Source: a virus
DNA: 43,549 nt
Reading direction: 5' to 3' (one strand)
IMG/VR virus record: IMGVR_UViG_3300028901_000024
Span: 1 to 43,549 of that record
The notes beneath the pieces were generated by a model. The model saw only the letters and a program-made list of their open reading frames with translations, did no database searches and was not told the origin of the DNA. Shown one piece after another: positions 8,825-15,946 of this stretch; position 1 is the first letter of the stretch, and the number at the start of each line of letters is the position of its first letter. A program made the translations under genes and the position numbers.

Positions 8825-9270
8825 TAGGCCAGCTCCTCTTCGGTCTCGAGCTTGGCTTTCGCGGCCTCAACGTACTCAGCGTACTGTTCAGGCTTCAGCT
8901 GGTCAGCGCGTTCAACGCCGTACTCACCGAGAAGCGCGAGAGCTACTTCGCGTCCTTTTTCCTTAACAAGCTTCAACGTAAAATCTTTCACGGGCGCATA
9001 GTCGGAAACAGTGGCTGCTTTCGGAGCCGGTGCTTTTGTTTCCGTCTTTGGCGCTTCAGCTTTTACCGCCTTCGTCGCTTTTGCTTCAGCGGTCTTCGGG
9101 GCAGTTGCATCGACGACAGCGGTAGACGCTTTCTTGTTTTCAGCGGCTACTTCTTTTGCAGCTACTTCTCTCGCGACAAACGGTGGCACTTTGTTGTCGC
9201 CGGCGGACAGGAGAGCTGCAAGGTTCTTAACGGCTGCGGTGTTCTCAATGAGGGCTTGTTCTAATGACAT
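8824..9270 (-). CDS. First early-left gene: protein with an Ala/Lys/Pro/Thr-rich linker
   Basis: ATG 9270 is preceded by AAAGGAAAA. The central low-complexity segment is KTAEAKATKAVKAEAPKTETKAPAPKA. Confidence 0.7.
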   Translation of the reverse strand: MSLEQALIENTAAVKNLAALLSAGDNKVPPFVAREVAAKEVAAENKKASTAVVDATAPKTAEAKATKAVKAEAPKTETKAPAPKAATVSDYAPVKDFTLKLVKEKGREVALALLGEYGVERADQLKPEQYAEYVEAAKAKLETEEELA

Positions 9271-9307
9271 GTTGCGTTTTCCTTTCATCAGTTGTTACGC
9301 AACTCGA

Positions 9308-9337
9308 CTTATAGCAACTGCTTTACAAAACTGTCAA
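9308..9337 (-). promoter_or_regulatory. Early-left promoter: TTGACA, 18 nt, TATAAG, carrying copy 2 of the 16-nt element (AAGCAGTTGCTATAAG)
   Basis: The minus strand reads TTGACAgttttgtaaagcagttgcTATAAG. It lies 37 nt upstream of the first early-left gene. Confidence 0.6.
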
Positions 9338-9414
9338 CTATCTTTTTACAAAAAAGTATAAGATGGGGGCGCAGAAATTTACATACACGTATAAAAATAC
9401 GGCTGGGTGCGTTC

Positions 9415-9430
9415 TAGCAGTTGCTATTTA
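9415..9430 (+). promoter_or_regulatory. Copy 5 of the 16-nt element (TAGCAGTTGCTATTTA), plus-strand orientation at the repressor stop codon
   Basis: It has the same AGCAGTTGCTA core as copies 2 and 3 but points into the repressor gene in antisense. The -10-like part (TATTTA) is weak. Confidence 0.3.
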
Positions 9431-9930
9431 GCAAGTTTGAGTACGCGGTAGATAAAGGCTTTTTCAAGTGTCGCACCGTTGCGACTAGCATTCACCGCGT
9501 CACCATACGCGAACGCGAGCAGTTCCTCAAACTTCGCTACGGTGAGCTTCGTCAACGTCTCCTTCATGCACTCGACAACCATGTTGAACACAGTCTCGTA
9601 AAGCTGCAAGTCAACTTCCTTGTTCTCAATGTGGTTTACATAATCCGAGAAGCGAGGAGGCTCGTTAAACCCGACAACCGGCGCGGACGGCGGCACGCCG
9701 TTGCTGTGGTCAAAGTCCATCCAGCCGAGAGGGAGCAGGAGCTTCTCCTCTATCCCACGCGCAGCCTTCTCTGATATCGGCCGGCGGTTCGACAACCAGT
9801 GCGTGATGTAACTAGAGTTCTTGTGTCCTAGTTTCTTGGCGAGTTTAGTGGCGCTACCCACATCACGTATGAGTTGCCGCAAATTTTCGCGTCTAAGTTC
9901 GTCTATAAAACTGGGCATAGTCTGTGGCAT
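9424..9930 (-). CDS. CI-like HTH (XRE-type) repressor without a recognisable S24 peptidase domain
   Basis: The HTH is ATKLAKKLGHKNSSYITHWLSNRRPIS. The gene is divergent from a Cro-like gene. The C-terminal 90 aa lack the Ser/Lys S24 motifs. Confidence 0.8.
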   Translation of the reverse strand: MPQTMPSFIDELRRENLRQLIRDVGSATKLAKKLGHKNSSYITHWLSNRRPISEKAARGIEEKLLLPLGWMDFDHSNGVPPSAPVVGFNEPPRFSDYVNHIENKEVDLQLYETVFNMVVECMKETLTKLTVAKFEELLAFAYGDAVNASRNGATLEKAFIYRVLKLAK

Positions 9931-9946
9931 TTAGCACACATGTTGC

Positions 9947-9962
9947 ATTATAGCAACTGCTA
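9947..9962 (-). promoter_or_regulatory. Repressor promoter candidate: copy 3 of the 16-nt element (TAGCAGTTGCTATAAT)
   Basis: A perfect extended -10 (TGCTATAAT) sits 16 nt upstream of the repressor ATG. No good -35 and no Shine-Dalgarno are present. Confidence 0.5.
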
Positions 9963-10008
9963 AAGTTGCCTGTTGACAGAATATTATACACTATTGTAAA
10001 GGACGATA

Positions 10009-10024
10009 TAGCAATTGATATAAC
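10009..10024 (+). promoter_or_regulatory. Rightward early promoter candidate: copy 4 of the 16-nt element (TAGCAATTGATATAAC)
   Basis: An extended -10-like TGATATAAC sits 16 nt upstream of the Cro-like ATG. It lies back-to-back with copy 3, 66 bp away. Confidence 0.5.
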
Positions 10025-10040
10025 CCCGGGAGGACATTTC

Positions 10041-10316
10041 ATGATGAAAGAGTGGATGATAGCAGCTACGGCCGATGAGCAAGCGAAATTAGCAGAAACG
10101 GCCGGGACGTCCCGTGAGTACCTCTACCAATTAGCGAATAATGCCCGCACGGCGAGTGCCGATTTAGCGGGGCGCATAGAAGATGCAGCGGAAGAGCTCC
10201 GCAAAAAGAGCAAGGGGCGTTTGCCGCGTGTAACCCGCGCTGACCTTTGTCCTGCGTGCAACTCGTGCCCGCACGCACGTAAGTGCGGTATCACGCACGA
10301 GGAGCAGATCGCGTGA
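10041..10316 (+). CDS. Cro/YdaS-like HTH regulator
   Basis: GGGAGGA lies 7 nt upstream of ATG 10041. The HTH is AGTSREYLYQLANNARTAS and the C-terminal Cys motif is CPACNSCPHARKC. The upstream part of the track ORF (from 9966) begins at a TTG and covers the promoter region. Confidence 0.75.
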   Translation: MMKEWMIAATADEQAKLAETAGTSREYLYQLANNARTASADLAGRIEDAAEELRKKSKGRLPRVTRADLCPACNSCPHARKCGITHEEQIA

Positions 10317-10519
10317 AACCCACCGTCACTATTGATTTTGGCAATGGCGGCGTCGCCCAAGTGACATTGCCACAGCCACTCGCGCATAAGCAGACCATCG
10401 TACTCGAAGTGCATCACCCGGAGAATCCGTCAGAGGCGCAGGTTTTGTGTGGTGTCTACGAGTTCACTGCAAAACAAAAAACTACCGCAACGGAAACACA
10501 ACAAAAGAACGGCTTATGA
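10313..10519 (+). CDS. Hypothetical protein (68 aa)
   Basis: The GTG start overlaps the Cro-like stop (GTGA). GAGGAG lies 9 nt upstream. Confidence 0.6.
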   Translation: MKPTVTIDFGNGGVAQVTLPQPLAHKQTIVLEVHHPENPSEAQVLCGVYEFTAKQKTTATETQQKNGL

Positions 10520-10791
10520 AGCCGTCAAGCCTTGAAGGGCTGAAGCTAGAAGAACGGGATTTATTCATATCACAGGGGAGCAGCCACATGAAAAGACTCT
10601 ACACACTACACCACGACAACCGTGGTTATACTATCCGCCAACAAGAAGCGTTCCTTGCAAAAGAAAAAGAGAAGTTCCGTAAAAACGCACAGACCTGTGC
10701 GGTTGCCGTATTCACCGTAAGTGTGGCACTCTTAATAGTGTTTGTCGCTTACATCACTTTTGAAGCGTTATTCCTGCATTTCTGCAAGTAA
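10516..10791 (+). CDS. Hypothetical protein with a C-terminal transmembrane helix (91 aa)
   Basis: ATGA overlap with the upstream gene. The hydrophobic segment is CAVAVFTVSVALLIVFVAYITF. An alternative start is ATG 10588 after GGGGAG. Confidence 0.6.
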   Translation: MKPSSLEGLKLEERDLFISQGSSHMKRLYTLHHDNRGYTIRQQEAFLAKEKEKFRKNAQTCAVAVFTVSVALLIVFVAYITFEALFLHFCK

Positions 10792-10797
10792 GTCGCC

Positions 10798-12933
10798 GTG
10801 TCGGAACGTTTCGGCGCGACCCCCGAGGACTGGGCGCAATTTGATGTAATGCTGGGCTTAACGGCCGATCTGTTGCCGGTGGTGTCGAACCCCGGCGCTG
10901 TGATCTCACCTAACAGTAAGATGAAGGCGCTCGGCAAGACGCCGAGTGTTTACAACAAGCAGCGCAAGGTGGCGGGTTTTCCTTCATGGACAGAACACAA
11001 AGCGACCGGCGCCAATATCACGGAGTGGTCGGCGGAACCTGACTACGGCATCTGCATACAGACGCGTGAAGTGCGCGCGCTCGATGTGGACGTTGAAGAC
11101 AAGGAGAAAGCAGCTGCTATTGGTGAGTTCATTGGTGGTCACCTGAACGCGCTCGGTTTACCGGAGCGTTATCGCGAGGGTTCAGGAAAGTTCCTGCTCG
11201 CGTTCCGTCTGCAAGGTGTCTTCGCTAAGCGCATATTGAAAGTGGAAGGCGGCATTATCGAGTTCCTTGCCAACGGTCAGCAGTTCATTGCAGCTGGCAC
11301 CCACACCAGCGGCGTGCGCTACGAATGGGAATGGTGGGGTCATGACAACTTCCCGTTATTGAGTGAAGAAGAGTTCGAGTTGCTCTGGGCTGCGTTGGTG
11401 AAGGAGTTTGGTGTAGCTCAGCCGAGCGAGGGCGCGGTCAGGAAATGCGCAGAGACGGTTGATTTGTTCGACCCCACGCTTGAACACCTCGATATACTGA
11501 GCTGGGGCAAAGACGGCCAAGCCTTCATCACCTGCCCGTTCGAGACTGAACATACGATGGACAGTGGCGAGACGCAGACCGCTTACTTCCCACGCGGCAC
11601 GCGCGGCTACGAGCAAGGCCATTTCGTCTGCCTCCACGCGCATTGCGCAGAGCGCACTGATGCAGACTTCCTCGACGCTCTCGGTATCAGGATGAAAGAT
11701 TTTGAAGTGATCGAGGAAGAAAGCAAAGAAGTAGCAAAGCCTTTGCCTTCCTTGGAGCGCGACAAGCTTGGAAGGATACTGGCGACGATACCTAACCTTG
11801 AAAAAATATTGCAGCGCCCGGACGTATGCCGCAACCACATCCGTTTCGACACGTTCCGTGACGAGATCGTCTTTTCCGATATAGATAGCCCCGGCGAGTG
11901 GCAACCGTTCCGTGACGTCGATTACACGAGGCTGCGTGGTGAGCTCGAACTTAAAGGGTTCCGTCCTGTCAGCAAAGAGATGATGCGCGACGTGGTGCAC
12001 CGTGTCGCTGGGCTCAACCCGTTCGATACTGCTACGGTGTGGTTAGAGGGGCTTAAATGGGACGGTGTGGAGCGTGTAGCAAGTTTCCTACGCGATTATT
12101 TCGGCGCTGAAGATAGCGACTATACGCGCGATGTTTCCATCTACATGTGGACTGCGCTTGCTGGCCGTGTGCTGGTGCCGGGTGTCAAAGCAGATATGGT
12201 GCCGGTGTTGATCGGCAACCAAGGTGTGGGCAAGAGCTACGGCGTGTCTGAGCTTGTGCCGTCGTTCGAGTTCACCGAAACAATCAATCTCCTCGACCGT
12301 GACGCTGACCTCGCGCGACGTATGCGCGGCAAATTGGTAATCGAGTTCGGCGAGCTGCGCGGTCTTCACACACGGGATATGGAGAGTATCAAGGAGTTCA
12401 TCACGCGCACCTACGAGAGCTGGGTGCCAAAATATCAGGAATTTGCACAGAAATACCCAAGGCGCTGCGTCTTCATCGGCACCACGAATCAAGAAGAGTT
12501 TTTGGCAGATACAACCGGTAACCGCCGCTGGTTGCCGGTGAGGTGCGGCAAGGTGGATGTAAATTCAATCCGTACTGACCGTCTGCAGCTGTGGGCGGAA
12601 GCACGCGAACTCTTCAGGCTGATCGGCGGTGTTGCGTGGAGCGGTGCGCAGGAGGCTGCAACCGAGGTGCACGATGAACACCGTATGTCTGACGTGTGGG
12701 CTGATGAAATCGCGCGTTGGTTGTGTACGGTTGATGATGCAGACGGTACTGCGCCCGCAAATCGGAAGTGCATTTTGATGACCGATGTGCTGCGTGACGC
12801 ACTCCATTTTGACCTTCGCAACGTGAAAAGGGGTGACGAGCTCAGGGTGGCGTCAATCCTGCGCGAGCAAAAATTTACACGTAAAATTTTACGAGTTGAT
12901 GGTGTGTTGAGAAGAGTTTGGGTCAAAAGCTGA
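10798..12933 (+). CDS. Bifunctional primase-polymerase / VirE (D5-like) P-loop helicase
   Basis: The prim-pol catalytic block is RALDVDVED, the Zn motif is CPFETEH...CLHAHC and the Walker A is GNQGVGKS. The ORF is 711 aa with a GTG start. Confidence 0.9.
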   Translation: MSERFGATPEDWAQFDVMLGLTADLLPVVSNPGAVISPNSKMKALGKTPSVYNKQRKVAGFPSWTEHKATGANITEWSAEPDYGICIQTREVRALDVDVEDKEKAAAIGEFIGGHLNALGLPERYREGSGKFLLAFRLQGVFAKRILKVEGGIIEFLANGQQFIAAGTHTSGVRYEWEWWGHDNFPLLSEEEFELLWAALVKEFGVAQPSEGAVRKCAETVDLFDPTLEHLDILSWGKDGQAFITCPFETEHTMDSGETQTAYFPRGTRGYEQGHFVCLHAHCAERTDADFLDALGIRMKDFEVIEEESKEVAKPLPSLERDKLGRILATIPNLEKILQRPDVCRNHIRFDTFRDEIVFSDIDSPGEWQPFRDVDYTRLRGELELKGFRPVSKEMMRDVVHRVAGLNPFDTATVWLEGLKWDGVERVASFLRDYFGAEDSDYTRDVSIYMWTALAGRVLVPGVKADMVPVLIGNQGVGKSYGVSELVPSFEFTETINLLDRDADLARRMRGKLVIEFGELRGLHTRDMESIKEFITRTYESWVPKYQEFAQKYPRRCVFIGTTNQEEFLADTTGNRRWLPVRCGKVDVNSIRTDRLQLWAEARELFRLIGGVAWSGAQEAATEVHDEHRMSDVWADEIARWLCTVDDADGTAPANRKCILMTDVLRDALHFDLRNVKRGDELRVASILREQKFTRKILRVDGVLRRVWVKS

Positions 12934-12934
12934 A

Positions 12935-13067
12935 GTGTTACTCTCTGTTACTCTACTTTCCTCAACCTTTTGCCAGAGAAAAGTTAATAAATATAGGGGA
13001 CAGAACCCCATATATCTCTGGCAAAAGGTTATAGAGAAAAGGGTATCAAAAGGTAACAGAGTAACAC
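12935..13067. repeat. Nested inverted repeat with four TGTTAC(T/C)CT iteron-like units around an AT-rich centre
   Basis: TGTTACTCT occurs at 12936-12944 and 12946-12954, and inverted copies at 13051-13058 and 13058-13066. A perfect 14-bp inverted repeat is CCTTTTGCCAGAGA (12966-12979) / TCTCTGGCAAAAGG (13015-13028). The centre reads aaaagttaataaatatagggg. Confidence 0.75.
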
Positions 13068-13101
13068 GTAAAAAATTACAAGTTAAGGCAGGGAGTCTAA
13101 A

Positions 13102-13413
13102 ATGAAAAAGATAATTTACGGTGTGACTGATCGCGGCATAAGAGTCGGTGAACACCACCAACACGCGAAATTGTCTAACGAGCAGGTCGATTATATTCGT
13201 GGGTTGTATGAAGAGGGTTTGTTCGGTTACCGGTCATTAGTGCGCGTGTGCAAAGACCTTTGGGGCATTGAAGTGTCACGCGACACGGTGAAGGACATTG
13301 TGAAATACCGTAGGCGTTCAGCCACGCCTGAGCGTTATAAAACGGTTGTGATTGACGAGAATAACGCAGTGCGCGTCGGCAAGGATTTATCGCGAGGGCA
13401 CGATCTCGTCTGA
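13102..13413 (+). CDS. Putative HTH DNA-binding protein (103 aa)
   Basis: GGGAG lies upstream of the ATG. The motif GEHHQHAKLSNEQVDYIRGLYEEG...VSRDTVKDIVKYRRR is typical of small phage DNA-binding proteins (recollection). Confidence 0.7.
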   Translation: MKKIIYGVTDRGIRVGEHHQHAKLSNEQVDYIRGLYEEGLFGYRSLVRVCKDLWGIEVSRDTVKDIVKYRRRSATPERYKTVVIDENNAVRVGKDLSRGHDLV

Positions 13414-13420
13414 CGGTGTG

Positions 13421-13459
13421 CATACCAGAGGCTAGCAATTGCTAGGATTTCTGGGTATG
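13421..13459. promoter_or_regulatory. Palindrome at the terS start containing copy 6 of the 16-nt element (TAGCAATTGCTAGGAT, 13433-13448)
   Basis: The sequence is CATACCAGA-g-CTAGCAATTGCTAG-gat-TCTGGGTATG. The central 14 bp form a perfect palindrome. The right arm ends in the terS ATG (13457-13459). Confidence 0.5.
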
Positions 13460-13969
13460 GCAAAGACTGGCAGACCTACAACTTTCACAAAAGAAATCGC
13501 CGATGAGATATGTGCACGTTTAGCACAGGCTGAATCGTTGCGTTCAATTTGTCGCGACGAGCACATGCCTAATCGGAGTACGGTAACTGACTGGGTTATC
13601 AAGGATACTCAAGGCTTTGCCAGCCAGTATGCACGCGCGAAAGAAATACAAGCCGACGTCATTTTTGAAGAGCTCTTTGATATTGCAGACGACGGCTCGA
13701 ACGATTGGATGACGCGCGAAACCGAACGCGGGAACATTGTAGAAGTAGCGAATCACGAGCACATATCGCGGTCTAAACTGCGCATTGACACACGCCGGTG
13801 GGCCCTTTCAAAGATGCTCCCGAAGAAGTACGGCGACAAGATCATCAACGAGATCACCAACCCTGACGGCAGCCTTGCGCCAATCACAAAAGAACAACGC
13901 CTTGCTAAGTTGGAAATCCTACGCAAAGAAGCAGCGCGACGCGCCCAAGACGGCAGCGATTTAGTATGA
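13457..13969 (+). CDS. terS: Terminase small subunit
   Basis: The N-terminus MAKTGRPTTFTKEIADEICARLAQAESLRSIC is the HTH typical of this TerS type. The gene lies directly upstream of and overlapping terL (ATGA). An alternative TTG start is at 13439. Confidence 0.8.
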   Translation: MAKTGRPTTFTKEIADEICARLAQAESLRSICRDEHMPNRSTVTDWVIKDTQGFASQYARAKEIQADVIFEELFDIADDGSNDWMTRETERGNIVEVANHEHISRSKLRIDTRRWALSKMLPKKYGDKIINEITNPDGSLAPITKEQRLAKLEILRKEAARRAQDGSDLV

Positions 13970-15618
13970 ACACCGGCGGTTGGACGCCAGAACTCTACGA
14001 TGCGCTCACGCCTGCAGAGCGTGCATTTGTCGACGAAACACTCACGATGTACAATGAAATCTGGGAACCACACCCGGATAATCTGCCCCAGCAGATGGCG
14101 TTTGACTGCGACGCGGATATCCTTGGCTACGGTGGCGCTGCTGGTGGTGGCAAGACAGATTTAGGCATCGGCAAAGCACTCAGGAAACACCGCAAGATTG
14201 CAATCTTCCGTCGTGAAGCAACGCAGCTCATGGGTATTATCGACCGGCTCACCGAGATACTGGGCAGTCGCGACGGCTATAACGGCCAAGAGAAAGTGTG
14301 GCGTGAAGCTGGGCCACGCAAAGTGCAAATTGAATTAGGCTCTGCACCACACGCAGGTGACGAAACGAAGCACCAAGGACGCCCGAAAGACCTGTTGGTT
14401 ATCGAAGAGGCTGCAAATTTCCTAGCGTCGCAAGTGCGCTTTCTCATGGGTTGGGTGCGTACCACCACACCCGGCCAACGTTGCCAAACGTTACTCACAT
14501 TCAACCCACCCACCAACACAGAAGGCCAATGGATTATTGATTTCTTCGCTCCGTGGCTCGACCCGAAACACCCAAAACCTGCAGTACCCGGCGAAGTGCG
14601 CTGGGCAGCAAGTTTGCCAGCGACAGAGCAACACCCCAACGGGCGCGATATATGGCTCGATGACGGGCGACCTTTTGTGCTGGTGGGTGACGAACCTGTA
14701 TTTGATTTCGACCCGGCGCAATTCGCTCGTGAAGACATCATCACACCCAAAACACGTACGTTCATTTCAGCGCGTGTGAGCGACAACCCTTACCTTATGG
14801 GAACTGGCTATATGTCCACACTCCAAGCGTTACCTGAACCATTGCGTTCACAGATGTTAAAAGGCGATTTCCGCGCCGGTATGCAAGACGACCCGTGGCA
14901 GCTCTGCCCGACATCGTGGGTGGAAGAAGCAATGGCGCGTTGGAAAGAGCTATCGCCAAAACCTGAGATGGATTCGCTCGGCATGGACGTTGCACGCGGC
15001 GGGCGCGACAACACGATCTTACTACCACGCCACGGCATGTGGTTCGACAGACCACAAGTGCACCCCGGCAGCGAAACACCAGACGGGCCGAGAGCTGCTG
15101 GGCTCGCTTTGGCTGCTGCGCGTGATGGCGCCGTTGTGCACGTGGACGTTATCGGCGTCGGCGCAGCGGTATATGATCACATGAACGCGATACCGAACTA
15201 TCCAGTCATCGGTGTTGATGTGCGCGTAACCGCGACACGCAAAGATAAATCCGGGTTGCTATCGTTCTTCAACATGCGATCACAACTCGGCTGGCTGTTC
15301 CGTGAATTGCTAGACCCAGCCAATAACACCGGCATTGCGATACCACCCGACGCACGTCTCAAAGCGGATTTATGCAGTATCCGCTGGGGCGTATCGGGCC
15401 GTACGATCAAGGTGGAATCGCGTGATGATATTATCGACCGGCTTGGCCGCAGCCCGGACTGGGCGAGTGCCATATTCCTTGCTGCAATGGACACGCCCAA
15501 ACTGACATTTAACAAGGGTCGCGAGAACACGAAGCAGCAAGAGTACGACCCCTACGCCTTCCTTGGTGTGCATACCCAACCGCGCAAAACTTACAATCCG
15601 TATGACGATTTACGCTAA
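13966..15618 (+). CDS. terL: Terminase large subunit
   Basis: 550 aa. The Walker A is GYGGAAGGGKTD, followed by a nuclease domain. It sits between terS and the portal. Confidence 0.95.
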   Translation: MNTGGWTPELYDALTPAERAFVDETLTMYNEIWEPHPDNLPQQMAFDCDADILGYGGAAGGGKTDLGIGKALRKHRKIAIFRREATQLMGIIDRLTEILGSRDGYNGQEKVWREAGPRKVQIELGSAPHAGDETKHQGRPKDLLVIEEAANFLASQVRFLMGWVRTTTPGQRCQTLLTFNPPTNTEGQWIIDFFAPWLDPKHPKPAVPGEVRWAASLPATEQHPNGRDIWLDDGRPFVLVGDEPVFDFDPAQFAREDIITPKTRTFISARVSDNPYLMGTGYMSTLQALPEPLRSQMLKGDFRAGMQDDPWQLCPTSWVEEAMARWKELSPKPEMDSLGMDVARGGRDNTILLPRHGMWFDRPQVHPGSETPDGPRAAGLALAAARDGAVVHVDVIGVGAAVYDHMNAIPNYPVIGVDVRVTATRKDKSGLLSFFNMRSQLGWLFRELLDPANNTGIAIPPDARLKADLCSIRWGVSGRTIKVESRDDIIDRLGRSPDWASAIFLAAMDTPKLTFNKGRENTKQQEYDPYAFLGVHTQPRKTYNPYDDLR

Positions 15619-15632
15619 GAGGAGCTTTGCAC

Positions 15633-15944
15633 ATGTGCGACCCCATAACCATTGCTGTCGGAGGGGCGATTCTAGGCGCAGCCGGCAGTGCATACACCGG
15701 TATGCAACAAGCCAGAGCCACCCGTAGGGCATCTGCGCAAGCTACTGCAGCAAGCGAAAAACAAGCGAAAGCTGCTGAAGAAGACACGAACCGCCGTAAC
15801 GCGAAACAACCGAACACTGCAGCGTTGCTCGCATCCAACCAGCAAGCCGGCCAGTCAGGCCAATCAGGCACGATGCTCACCGGTCCCGCTGGTATCGACC
15901 CCTCAATGCTCTTGCTGGGTAAAAACACTTTACTCGGAGTTTAG
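15633..15944 (+). CDS. Small Gly/Ala/Gln-rich virion-associated protein starting MCD
   Basis: AGAGGAG lies 8 nt upstream of ATG 15633. The hydrophobic N-terminus is MCDPITIAVGGAILGAAGSAY, followed by a Gln/Ala-rich tail. Confidence 0.65.
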   Translation: MCDPITIAVGGAILGAAGSAYTGMQQARATRRASAQATAASEKQAKAAEEDTNRRNAKQPNTAALLASNQQAGQSGQSGTMLTGPAGIDPSMLLLGKNTLLGV

Positions 15945-15946
15945 AC

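Noticed and set aside
9973-9978. Perfect TTGACA on the plus strand between the divergent repressor and Cro-like genes, as the -35 of the rightward promoter
   Set aside because: The hexamers 17-18 nt downstream (GTAAAG/TAAAGG) are poor -10 boxes, and the site is 40 nt from the TATAAC box. It was kept only as a note, and the extended -10 element at 10009-10024 is the better candidate.
9966-10040. N-terminal extensions of track ORFs: 9966-10040 (Cro-like), 21288-21560 (methyltransferase), 19145-19189 (fibre-like) and 25252-25266 (adaptor)
   Set aside because: The extensions begin at non-ATG codons or overlap upstream genes, promoters or terminators. Internal ATGs with good RBSs or ATGA coupling give proteins that start where the family normally starts.
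10066-10417. Minus-strand ORFs of 70 and 97 aa opposite the Cro-like gene and the next gene
   Set aside because: They are antisense to RBS-supported, translationally coupled plus-strand genes, and they have no RBS or motifs of their own.
11356-12000. 214-aa minus-strand ORF, plus other long antisense ORFs at 12489-12926, 14277-14786, 17135-17653, 26503-27072, 29327-29866, 30743-31279 and 36199-36918
   Set aside because: Each lies wholly inside, and antisense to, a long ORF with clear enzyme or virion motifs. They have no RBS or recognisable motifs. Long antisense frames are expected in GC-biased coding DNA.
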